Shown: positions 23,516 through 36,300 of the stretch, one piece after another
Layout of the letters: each line of letters begins with the position of its first letter
How positions within the stretch are numbered: position 1 is the first letter of the stretch
Origin: Selaginella moellendorffii
Taxonomy: Eukaryota > Plantae > Lycopodiophyta
NCBI RefSeq assembly: GCF_000143415.4
Contig: NW_003314381.1
Location: forward strand, 298,811 to 362,810
DNA: 64,000 nucleotides
Direction: 5' to 3'
The notes under the pieces: generated by a model
What the model saw: only the letters and a program-made list of their open reading frames with translations
Database searches by the model: none
Told to the model about the DNA's origin: nothing
Program-made: the position numbers and the translations under genes

Positions 23516-26500
23516 TGTGAGACACAAAATCCCTAGGCCCCAAAGTGGAGCCAGAAAGGGTGCCACGTGGTAGTGGCCGAAGCAAAAGCCAAATGAGCGT
23601 AACACGTTTGGACTAAAAGCTCTAACTTGGAAGGTCGAGAGCGGGAGTGAAACTCCCAACAAAGTGCTTGAGGAGCGAGCACGAGGAAACCAATAAGCAA
23701 GGCTCCAAAAAGGGACCCAAAAAGGACCAACACATAACACGTGGAAGTGTCTGAGATGGATCCGAGATGGACCCGAGACGGAGTCCGAAATGGAGTCCAA
23801 GACAGAGTCCGAGATGGAGTCCAAGATGGAGTCTAAGACGGAGTCCGAGATGGAGTCTGAGATGGAGTCCAAGATGGATCCGAGATGGACCCAAGACAGA
23901 GTCCAAAATGGAGTCCGAGACAGAGTTCGAGATGGAGTCCGAGACGGAGTCCAAGATGGAGTCCGAGACGGAGTCCAAGATGGAGTCCGAGACGGAGTCC
24001 AAGATGGACCCGAGATGAAGTCCGAGATGGAGTCCGAGATGGACCCGAGATGGAGTCCGAGATGGACCTGAGATGGAGTCCGAGATGGATCCGAGATGGA
24101 CCCGAGATGGAGTCCGAGATGGATCCGAGATGGACCCGAGATGGAGTCCAAGATGGACCGAGACGGAGTCCGAGATGGACCCGAGATGGAGTCCAAGATG
24201 GACCGAGACGGAGTCCGAGATGGAGTCCCAGAAGGATCTGAGATGGAGTCCGAGGTCGAGATTGAGACCGGGACCGAGACCGAGACCGAGGCCAAGGCCG
24301 AGACCGAGCCCGAGTCCGAGTCCAAGTCCGAGTCCGAGTCCGAGTTCGAGTCTGAGAGGGTGAAAGCCCAAAGCGTTCGTCTCCCAGACCCTGGGGGGTT
24401 TGGTGAGCTCCAAAAGTATAGTAAGGGGGAGGACTACAGTGGAGCCAGTTTGGCCAAGAAAGGCTAGTTTGGCCCAAGAAGGCCAGACCTAGTGTTGGGT
24501 GATGAACTGACCACTGGGAAGTCCAAGACTAGAGTAAATATGGACCAACAAGCGGGGTAGCTTGGTGAAGTGTTCAAGAGCCGACTCTAGTTCCCTCGGG
24601 AGATCGACTAACCGATGCTCCCAGTCCAAGTGTGGGTGGCACTACCTACTTGGATACCAGGCATGGCTCAATGGAACCTCACTCTAAGCCCATGGCTAGA
24701 GCACCTAAAGGCAGAAGGTGGGGAGAGTACCCACGGGGCTCGTGTAGGCCCACGGTGTTCCGAAATGTTGTCCCGGAGTCTCAAATGGGGGAAAGGAGGA
24801 GGAGCAGTCCTCTAGTGTAGTGACTAAGGATACAGTCACATGGTGAGGAAGTCCCAGAGGACCATGGGACTTAGTGGTCGGGCCTGTGGTCCTTGATCTA
24901 GTGGCAGTGTTGGCGAACATGGCCATGGACAAAAAAGGGACTTGGTAGGAACTGACATAGGGATATTTGGGAAGGTTATTCCCCATATCTGTGGGCATCC
25001 TAAGGATGCTAAGGAGTGGATCTGGGATGACCACTCATGGACAGATGGCCCAGTCTTGGAGAGACAGGATTGTGATGCAAGTGGTATTGGACCACTAGTG
25101 CGGCAAAGGTGATTGGGCATGGCCTTAGCGTAACAGGCTGCTATGTCAGTGGCACCTTTGAGTGTTGGTCATGGGATCGGACACGTGGAGCACTTGGACC
25201 AGGTGCAAGGGTTGAGTGGCATGGATGCCATTCTTGGGGCTAGCAAGTCCCAAGTCCTGAATTGGACTTATGGAGGTTGTGAATGAGACTCCTCCAAGTG
25301 GTCAGAGGTGTGGTTAAGTGACTAAAGTAGAATGGAAAATTTAGTCGATTACAACTTGGTATTGGAGCTGTTCCTTGGTGCTCAAGTATATCACCATTGA
25401 TGCTGGCATCGGAAAGTCCTAGGAGTGGGCCTATCCTTGAAGAGTAGCATGTCGAGAGGACATGGCTCTCCACTCAAGTTCATGCGTGAACTTGGGCGCG
25501 ATGTGGTGGATAGAAAAGGGTTAGTAAGGGAACGACTTTGGGATCTTGGGAACAGTATAAGGGTTTCCTCAGAGAGTTGAGGATGTGATCCAGATGAGCG
25601 TTTGACTTAGCAAACTGGCTGATGTAGTTGTGGTAAACAACTACAGTTGGGATCACGGGAAAGATGCGGACTCCAAAACAATAAAGGAGTCACAAGATTA
25701 CCCTTATATAGTTGAGGTTGGTACTCATAAATTTGAGACCAGAATTGGTGACTATGGGAGGTCATATAGAAGAGGACACCAGTCTTTGAAATGGTAGCTG
25801 GGGCTACCTTTAATAAATGCTGGAACAACCCAAGGAGTTGGGGGTGTACTTAAAGATGAGTTGGTATTCTCATCACATGGATAAGTAGTCCTAAGGGGCA
25901 AAGGTTAGCCCTAGAGGGAATAATCAAGTGTCGGAATAACACTTGCAAAGATGGTCCTTTTGAGTAGGATATGAATATAAGAAGTTGTATTCCAGTGAGT
26001 TGGCACCTCAAAGACTAAGACTTTGCAGGTTGTTGGATTAGCAAAGTCCAAAATGCTAGATGACTCAAGTGGAGACACGGAATGGTCCTAAAGGATTGGT
26101 TGAAGCATTTGGACTGAGGTGTATAGTGCCCCATGAGGTATGGGGAGGATCATAAGATCCAAGTATGAGAACAATAGGTATCTCATTGATGGCAGAATGT
26201 GCCATACTAAAATTGTGGGAAAGATGTTCTCAGAAGAAAGCAACTTTGGCCCAGAGTTGGGTGCAAACACTATGATGCGGTACTAACGGATAGTTAGCAT
26301 GAGGAACAACTATATTGGTCTTGGCAAAGACCTAGACACTAATAAGTAGTGTCATAAGGATAGGCTCGTGGGGCCAATGGTGTGGAGACACCAAATGTGC
26401 CAAGGTGTGATACCTTGAGGTTATGTTGGTGGGTTCATAAGAACCCCTTGCCAAGGGAATCCCAACGGAAATGGGAATGGTATAGCCTAAGCTGGAAGAC

Positions 26501-27349
26501 ATGTGGTAGAGTGTGGTGACCAAAACAATGATGGAGGTGTGAAAGCACCAGCAATGAGTTGTAAGACTTGACAACTATGAGGCAACTAAGCAAAAGGTGC
26601 AAGATAATTGGTTAAACTAGTAGAAGGTAGCTACCTAAGACTTCTTAATGGCATAAGGAAGTTAAATATACCTTTATGAGGGATAAATTGCTTATGTTGC
26701 AATATAGTAAGTCAATGTTGTAAAAGGGAATGCTCATTGTCAAAGAGGCCATTATTTGGGACATCCAAACACTCTAGAACACTAGGAGGTGGTGTTTGAT
26801 GTCGCAAGGGCAATAGATAAGGCCCAAGGGACTAAGTCCCTAGCGAAGGATGGATAGAAGGTGCTACTCAAATGTCCAAGGTTGCGAAGACGGGAGAAGA
26901 TTGTTTACCCGAATTGGACAAAGCCAAAAATGGAATTTTGGCAAGGTTAGTGATGGGCATGTAAGGGCCTATAAGCAACAACGTTAATTCCGGTGTGTGG
27001 GATTATAAGGTGAGCATACCTAGATTGAGGAACCACTCCCTAGGCTATTGGGTTGGTTCATCCCTAAGAATACTTGCTAAGGCATGATAGAAAGTGCAAA
27101 GCTATCCTCTTAGTCTGGAGGAGAATGACTAAAGGAAAAGTGTAAGGCCAAAAGCAAGTAGTAAGGGGATAGAATCAAACCATAGGAATCAAAGGGCATA
27201 ACCCAGGGTGGTTATGCTAAGTGGGAGTGGAGAATCAAATGGGGGCTCGAGGGTGTTGTTGTTAGCAACTGTGATGCCATAGAGAGTCTAAAATATGGAG
27301 TTGTCCATGTTAAACTATATAGCAACTAAAAAGCTTGTGTAAAGGGAGG

Positions 27350-30300
27350 TGTAAGCGACTAAATTTTCCATTCTACTTTAGTCACTTAACCACACCTTCG
27401 ACCACTTGGAGGAGTCTCACTCACAACCTCCTTAGCCCAATTCAGGACTTGGGACTTGCTAGCCCCGAGAATGGCATCCTTGCCACTCAACACTTGCACA
27501 TGGTCCAAGTGCTCCACGTGTCTGGTCCCAAGACCGACACCCAAAGGTACCACTGACATCTCGGCCCGTTACGCTAAGGCCATGCCCACTCACTTTTGCT
27601 GCATTAGTGGTCCAATACCACTGGCATCACCATCCCGTCTCGCCAAGACTGGGCCATGTGTCCACGAGTGGTCATCCTAGATCCACTCCTTAGCATCCTT
27701 AGGATGCCCACAGACCTGGGGAATCGCCTTCCCCAAAGTCCCTTTGTCAGTTCCTACCAAGTCCCTTTCTGCCCCTGGCTGTGTTTGCCAACACTGCCAC
27801 TGGATCGAGGCCCACAGGCCTGACCACTAAGTCCCATGGTCCTTTGGGACTTCCTCACCACACGACTGTGTCCTTGGTCACTACCCCAGAGGACTGCTCC
27901 TCTTCCTTTCCACAGTCTAGGCCTTTGGGACAACATTTCGGAACACCGTGGCCTTACGCGAGCCACCTGGGTACTCTCCCCGCCTTTCGCCTTTAGGTGC
28001 TCTAGCCATGGGCTTAGAGCGAGGTTCCGTTGAGCCACACCTGGTATCCAAGTAGGTAGTGCCACCCACACTTGGACTGGGAGCATCGGCCAGTCGATCT
28101 CCCGGGGGAACTAGAGCCGGCTCTTGAACACTTCACCAAGCTACCCCGCTTGTCGGTCCGTGTTCACTCTAGTCTTGGACTTCCCAGTGGGCAGCTCATC
28201 ACCCAACACTGGGTCCGGCCTTCCTGGGCCAAACTGGCCCTTCCTGGCCAAACTGGCTCCACTACAGTCCTCCCCCTGCTATACTTTTGGGGCTCACCAA
28301 ACCCCCCAGGGTCTGGGAGACGAACGCTTTGGGCTTTCACCCTCTCAGGCTCCGGACTTGGACTCGGACTCGGACTCGGACTCGGACTCGGATTCGGAAT
28401 CGGACTCGGGCTCGGGCTCGGTCTCGGCCTCGGCCTCGGTCTCGGTCTCAGTCCCGATCTCGGTCTCGGTCTCGGTCTCGGTCCCGGTCTCGGTCCCGGT
28501 CTCGGTCTCGACTTCGGACTCCATCTCGGACTCCATCTCGGGTCCATCTCGGACTCCATCTCGGACTCCATCTCGGGTCCATCTCGGACTCCATCTCGGA
28601 CTCCATGTCGGGTCCATCTCGGGTCCACCTCGGACTCCATCTCGGACTCCATCTCGGACTCCATCTCGGGTCCATCTCGGACTCCACTTCGGACTCCAAC
28701 TCGGGTCCATCTCGGGTCCACCTCGGACTCCATCTCGGACTCCATCTCGGACTCCACTTCGGACTCCAACTCGGGTCCATCTTGGGTCCACCTCGGACTC
28801 CACTTCGGACTCCAACTCGGGTCCATCTCGGACTCCACTTCGGACTCCAACTCGAGTCCATCTCGGACTCCACTTCGGACTCCAACTCGAGTCCATCTCG
28901 GACACTCCCACGTGTCATGTGTTGGTCCTTTTGGGTCCCTTTTTGGAGCCTCGCCTTTTGCTCGCTTCGTGCTCGTTCCTCGAGCACTTCGTTGGGAGTT
29001 CCACTCCCGCTCTTGACTTTTCAAGTCGGAGCTTTTGGTCCAAACGTGTTACGCTCGTTTGGCTCTCGCTTCGGCCACTACCATGTGGCGCCCTTCCGGC
29101 TCCACTTTGGGGCCTAGGGATTTTGTGTCTCACAACTCCACCACCCATAGACGAAGTTCGATGTCCTCATCGAACAGTAAACCCTTTCATAAAGTAACAC
29201 CCACACGTGTTACCATTTCCATCCTTGGCACCTAGCCAATCTTTGTCTATGGTTTGACATCAAAAGCTCACCATGCCTTGTCCTTCCTTTAAGGAGCATA
29301 GTCTCTCCAACTTAGAGACTGATTGGACCACATGTAATGGTTCTCTCCTTTTATTGGTTTAGTTCTCGCTAAACCTCTTAGAGACCCTTCTCTAAGTCAA
29401 TCCCACTACTCCTTCTCGAGTAGTCTCAATTTCCATCGATATAACCTTTGCACTTTGGAACTTTGAATTTTGACTTCTTGGAGTCAATTTCCTAGGTGTC
29501 TCCAACACCTTGCCTTGCACCTTTTGTGCAACTCCACTTCCCATCCTAGGAAGTTCTTTACTCGAGGGCACCATCATCCTCTCTTCTATTTCGTGCCAAA
29601 GTTCCAGTTATCATACTTTGTGCTAGGGCTGTTCATGGCCCTATCATTTGGCTACCTTACCACTCCCTCCCTTGGAGCTTCCACTTTCGCCAAATTGGAG
29701 CATTTCGGAATCCCTCCTTGGAAACACACTTCCTTTCCCGCAACTTGTTAGCGTCCAACACATTAGTGTTCCTCGACTAACTTTGTCACTTGGATTCCTT
29801 CCAAGGGATTCCACGGCCCTATCTTGGCCACTCATCTTTTGCTCCTATCCGTTGATTGTTGCACCAAACAACATCGAATCTCTACCTCCCTCCTTGAGGT
29901 ATTGTTTCAGTTCCATAGCAAAGACTCTTCTTTGCCAAGTCCGGAGGATGTTCACCCCTAGTACGTCTCTTTAGCATCTTCTGCTATGGGCTCTATCCAC
30001 GGCCCAACTTCGTGACCCTCCCATGGGTCTTTTATAGAGACTACTTTCCTCGGACTCACTATGCCATCGCACGGACATAGTTTATTTCCCTTAGGTGCTC
30101 TTCCCACTTGGTTATCACGACCAAGCCACACCACCTTAAACAGTTCAATTTCAACATTTTGAACCAGGAACTTCATTCCTTAGCCAACCAAGGACCTTGT
30201 CCTTATCTGGCCATAAGATCACCTAGTGATCTCACCTTGGCACCTTAACAGATTTGCCAAGAGGTACTTGGTTTTCTAGACCTCCAAGTTGTTGACTATA

Positions 30301-33300
30301 ACCCCGGGGGCATCCCCCACATTTGGCGGTGCACCCAAGCTAGCCCTTACGGCTAAGGGTTCATAGCAACTGAGATTAGGTGTCCCCATCTCACTCACCA
30401 CGACCTTGGTGCCACTTGCACCAAAGTGTTCAAGTTAGATATGCTGAGCTTTCACACTAAGCAATCTAACCGTGCATCACGACTCCGAGGCATCCCTCGC
30501 TTGGCGGTGTGCCCAAACCAGTCTCCCCACTGAGAGTCCATGACCACCGAAATATGAGTGTCCTCATATTCCAAACCATCACCACGCCCTAGTGATTTGG
30601 GACTCGAACCCAAGCACTAGAGGGTCGGGACTCGAACCCAACCTCCGTATATGCATCTACGGACGGCATTACACAGGATGCCTGGCGTGACTCCCCACGC
30701 CGGTGCACCAACTTATTTTTAAAGCGTGCTACAGATCACAACTTAGGAACTTAGTTCCTCCACACTGCCAAGTCTTCTCACTTGACATGTCTGTGATCAT
30801 GCATGGACTCCTCCATGCTCGGCCCTATGGCCCACCCTTTTTGAAGTTATCACCTTCAACTAGGGTCTTTGTTCCCCCGACGTGCCAATCTCACTTGGCA
30901 AGTCCTCCGACCATTGTAACATGGTTCCTGCATAAGCGTGAAAGTCCTTGACCATCGACTTTCATTCAAAGCCCTCTCTTTGAACACTCGGGAACTACTT
31001 CCCTAACCTTGATAACCTTGCCTCATGGCAAGCTTCAAGACCACGCTTCTGCTGCGCCACTCTGATTTCGCGCGTTCCATGAACCATTTACACTTGGCCT
31101 TTCTAGGTACTACGCTACCTAGAATCGTCTTTGGGAACCTTGAAGGAACTCTGTCCCTCAGCTTGCTAAGGCCTCCCCTTTCGCAAGCTTTATAGTTGCC
31201 ATATAGTCTAACATGGACAATTCCATATTTTAGACTCTCCATGGCATCACGGTTGCTAGCAACAACATCCTCGAGCACCCTCTTGATTCTCCACTCCCAA
31301 CTTTCATAACCACTGTTGGATATGCCCTTTGATTTCTATGGTTCGATTCCATCCCAATACTACTTGCCTTTGGCTTCACACCTTTCCTTCGGTCATTCTC
31401 CTCCAGACTAGGAGGATAGCTTTGCACTTTCTATCATGCCTTAGCAAGTATTCTTAGGGATGAACCTACCCAATAGCATAGGGAGTGGTTCCTCAATCCG
31501 GGTATGCTCACCTTATAATCCCACACATTGGGATTACATTATTGCTTATGGGCCTTTACATGCCCATCACTAGCCTTGCCAAAATTCCATTTTTGGCTTT
31601 GTCCAACTCGGGTAGACAGTCCTCTCTTGTCTCCGCAACCTTGGACATTTGGATAGCACCTTCTATCCATCATTCGCTAGGGACTTAGTCCCTTGGGCTT
31701 TATCCATTGCCCTCGCGACATCAAACACCACCTTTTGGTGTTCTAGAGTGTCCGGGTGTCCCAATGATGGCTTTCTCGACAATGAGTATTTCCTTTTATG
31801 ACATTGACTTACTATATCGCAACACAAGCAACTTATCCCCCGTAAGGGTATATCCAACTTCCTTATGCTATTAAGAAGTCTTGGGTAGCTACCTTCTACC
31901 CGTTTAACCAGTTATTTTGCACCTCTTGCTTAGTTGCCTCATAGTTGTCAAGTCCTACAACTCATTGCTTGGTGCTTTCACACCTCCATCATTATCTGGG
32001 TCACCACACTCCAACTGCATGCTTTGCAGCTTAGTGTAAGCGACTAAATTTTCCATTCTACTTTAGTCACTTAACCACACCTTCGACCACTTGGAGGAGT
32101 CTCACTCACAACCTCCTTAGCCCAATTCAGGACTTGGGACTTGCTAGCCCCAAGAATGGCATCCTTGCCACTCAACACTTGCACATGGTCCAAGTGCTCC
32201 ACGTGTCCGGTCCCAAGACCGACACCCAAAGGTACCACTGACATCTCGGCCCGTTACGCTAAGGCCAGGCCCATTCACCTTTGCTGCACTAGTGGTCCAA
32301 TACCACTTGCATCACCACCTCGTCTCTCCAAGACTGGGCCATGTGTCCACGAGTGGTCATCCTAGATCCACTCCTTAGCATCCTTAGGATGCCCACAGAC
32401 CTGGGGAATCGCCTTCCCCAAAGTCCCTTTGTCAGTTCCTACCAAGTCCCTTTCTGCCCCTGGCCGTGTTTGCCAACACTGCCACTGGATCGAGGCCCAC
32501 AGGCCCGACCACTAAGTCCCACGGTCCTCTGGGACTTCCTCACCACATGACTGTGTCCTTGGTCACTACCCCAGAGGACTGCTCCTCTTCCTTTCCACAG
32601 TTTGGGCCTTTGGGACAACATTTCGGAACACCGTGGCCTTACGCGAGCCACCTGGGTACTCTCCCCACCTATCGCCTTTAGGTGCTCTAGCCATGGGCTT
32701 AGAGCGAGGTTCCGTTGAGCCACGCCTGGTATCCAAGTAGGTAGTGCCACCCACACTTGGACTGGGAGCATCGGCCAGTCGATCTCCCGGGGGAACTAGA
32801 GCCGGCTCTTGAACACTTCACCAAGCTACCCCGCTTGTCGGTCCGTATTCACTCTAGTCTTGGACTTCCCAATGGTCAGTTCATCACCCAACACTGGGTC
32901 TGGCCTTCCTGGGCCAAACTGGCCTTTCTTGGCCAAACTGGCTCCACTGCAGTCCTCCCCCTACTATACTTTTGGAGCTCACCAAACCCCCCAGGGTCTG
33001 GGAGACGAATGCTTTGGGCTTTCACCCTCTCAGGCTCCGGACTCGGACTTGGACTCGGACTCGGACTCGGACTCGGACTCGGACTCGGATTCGGACTCGG
33101 ATTCGGACTCGGACTCGGGCTCGGGCTCGGTCTCGGCCTCGGCCTCGGTCTCGGTCTCGGTCCCGATCTCGGTCTCGGTCTCGGTCTCGGTCCCGGTCTC
33201 GGTCCCGGTCTCGGACTCCATCTCGGACTCCATCTCGGACTCCATCTCGGACTCCATCTCGGACTCCATCTCGGGTCCATCTCGGACTCCATCTCGGACT

Positions 33301-36300
33301 CTATTTCGGGTCCATCTCGGGTCCACCTCGGACTCCATCTCGGACTCCATCTCGGACTCCATCTCGGGTCCATCTCGGACTCCACTTCGGACTCCAACTC
33401 GGGTCCATCTTGGGTCCACCTCGGACTCCATCTCGGACTCCATCTCGGACTCCACTTTGGACTCCAACTCGGGTCCATCTCGGGTCCACCTCGGACTCCA
33501 CTTCGGACTCCATCTCGGCGTCCATCTCGGGTCCATCTCGGACTCCAACTTGGGTCCATCTCGGGTCCACCTCGGACTCCATCTCGGACTCCATCTCGGA
33601 CTCCACTTTGGACTCCAACTCGGGTCCATCTCGGGTCCACCTCGGACTCCACTTCGGACTCCATCTCGGACTCCATCTCGGGTCCATCTCGGACTCCATT
33701 TCGGACTCCAACTTGGGTCCATCTCGGGTCCACCTCGGACTCCACTTCGGACTCCATCTCGGACTCCATCTCGGGTCCATCTCGGACTCCATTTCGGACT
33801 CCAACTTGGGTCCATCTCGGACTCCACTTCGGACTCCAACTCGAGTCCATCTCGGACACTCCCACGTGTCATGTGTTGGTCCTTTTGGGTCCCTTTTTGG
33901 AGCCTCGCCTTTTGCTCGCTTCGTGCTCATTCCTCGAGCACTTCGTTGGGAGTTCCACTCCCGCTCTTGACTTTTCAAGTCGGAGCTTTTGGTCCAAACG
34001 TGTTACGCTTGTTTGGCTCTCGCTTTGGCCACTACCACGTGGCACCCTTCCAGCTCCACTTTGGGGCCTAGGGATTTTGTGTCTCACAACTCCACCACCC
34101 ATAGACGAAGTTCGATGTCCTCATCGAACGGTGAACCATTTTATAAAGTAACACCCGCATGTGTTACCATTTCCATCCTTGGCGCGTAGCCAATATTTGT
34201 CAATGGTGCGACATTGAAGGCTCACCATGCCTTCTCCATATTCGTCAATGGTTGGACATTGAAGGCTCACCATGCCTTTTGCATATCCTCTAAGGAGGGT
34301 AGTCTCTCCAACTTAGAGACTGATTGGACCACATATAGTGGTTCTCTCCTTTTATTGGTTTAGTTCTCGCTAAACCTCTTAGAGACCCTTCTCTAAGTCA
34401 ATCCCACTACTCCTTCTCGAGTAGTCTCAATTTCCATCGATATAACCTTTGCACTTTGGAACTTTGAATTTTGACTTCTTGGAGTCAATTTCCTAGGTGT
34501 CTCCGACACCTTGCCTTGCACCTTTTGTGCAACTCCACTTCCCATCCTAGGAAGTTCTTTACTCGAGGGCACCATCATCCTCTCTTCTATTTCGTGCCAA
34601 AGTTCCAGTTATCATACTTTGTGCTAGGGCTGTTCATGGCCCTATCATTTAGCTACCTTACCGCTCCCTCCCTTGGAGCTTCCATTTTCGCCAAACTGGA
34701 GCATTTCGGAATCCCTCCTTGGAAACACACTTCCTTTCCCGCAACTTGTTAGTGTCCAACACATTAGTGTTCCTCGCCTAACTTTGTCACTTGGATTCCC
34801 CCCAAGGGATTCCACGGCCCTATCTTGGCCACTCATCTTTTGCTCCTATCCGTTGATTGTTGCACCAAGCAACATCGAATCTTTACCTCCCTCCTTGAGG
34901 TATTGTTTCGGTTCCATAGCAAAGACTCTTCTTTGCCAAGTCCGGAGGATGTTCACCCCTAGTACGTCTCTTTAGCATCTTCTGCTATGGGCTCTATCCA
35001 CAGCCCAACTTCGTGACCCTCCCATGGGTCTTTTATAGAGACTACTTTCCTCGGACTCACTATGCCATCTCACGGATATAGTTTATTTCCCTTAGGTGCT
35101 CTTCCCACTTGGTCATCACGACCAAGCCACACCACCTTAAACAGTTCAATTTCAACATTTTGAACCAGGAACTTCATTCCTTAGCCAACCAAGGACCTTG
35201 TCCTTATCTGGCCATAAGATCACCTAGTGATCTCACCTTGGCACCTTAACAAAGTTGCCAAGAGATACTTGGTCTTCTAGACCTCCAAGTTGTTGACTAT
35301 AACCCCGGGGGCATCCCCCACACTTGGCGGTGCACCCAAGCCAGCCCTTACGGCCAAGGGTTCATAGCAACTGAGATTAGGTGTCCCCATCTCACTCACC
35401 ACGACCTTGGTGCCACTTGCACCAAAGCGTTCAAGTTAGATATGCTGAGCTTTCACACTAAGCAATCTAACCGTGCATCACGACTCCGAGGCATCCCTCG
35501 CTTGGCGGTGTGCCCAAACCAGTCTCCCCACTGAGAGTCCATGACCACCGAAATATGAGTGTCCTCATATTCCAAACCATCACCACGCCCTAGTGATTTG
35601 GGACTCGAACCCAAGCACTAGAGGGTCGGGACTCGAACCCAACCTCCGTATATGCATCTACGGATGGCATCACACAAGATGCCTGGCGTGACTCCCCACG
35701 CCGGTGCACCAACTTATTTTTAAAGCGCGCTACAAATCACAGCTTAGGAACCTAGTTCCTCCACACTGCCAAGTCCTCTCACTTGACATGTCTGTGATCT
35801 TGCATGGACTCCTCTATGCTCGGCCCCATGGCCCACCCTTTTTGAAGTTATCACCTTCAACTAGGGTATTTGTTCCCCCGACGTGCCAATCTCGCTTGGC
35901 AAGTCCTCCGACCACTGTAACATGGTTCCTGCATAAGCATGAAAGTCCTTGACCATCAACTTTCGTTCAAAGCCCTCTCTTTGAACACTCGGGAACTACT
36001 TCCCTAACCTTGATAGCCTTGCCTCATGGCAAGCTTCAAGACCACGCTTCTGCTGCGCCACTCTGATTTCGCGCGTTCCATGAACCATTTACACTTGGCC
36101 TTTCTAGGTACTAAGCTGCCTAGAATCGTCTTTGGGAACCTTGAAGGAACTCTGTCCCTCAGCTTGCTAAGGCCTCCCTTTTTGCAAGCCTTCTAAATGC
36201 CACATAGTCGAACATGGACAATTCCATATTTTAGACTCTCCATGGCATCACGGTTGCTAGCGGCAACACCCTTGAGCCCCCACTTGATTCTCCACTCCCA

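Noticed and set aside
15099-32034. AGCT in or overlapping three of four E-family target sites
   Set aside because: Only four sites and a short motif; cannot be separated from chance without a genome-wide set.
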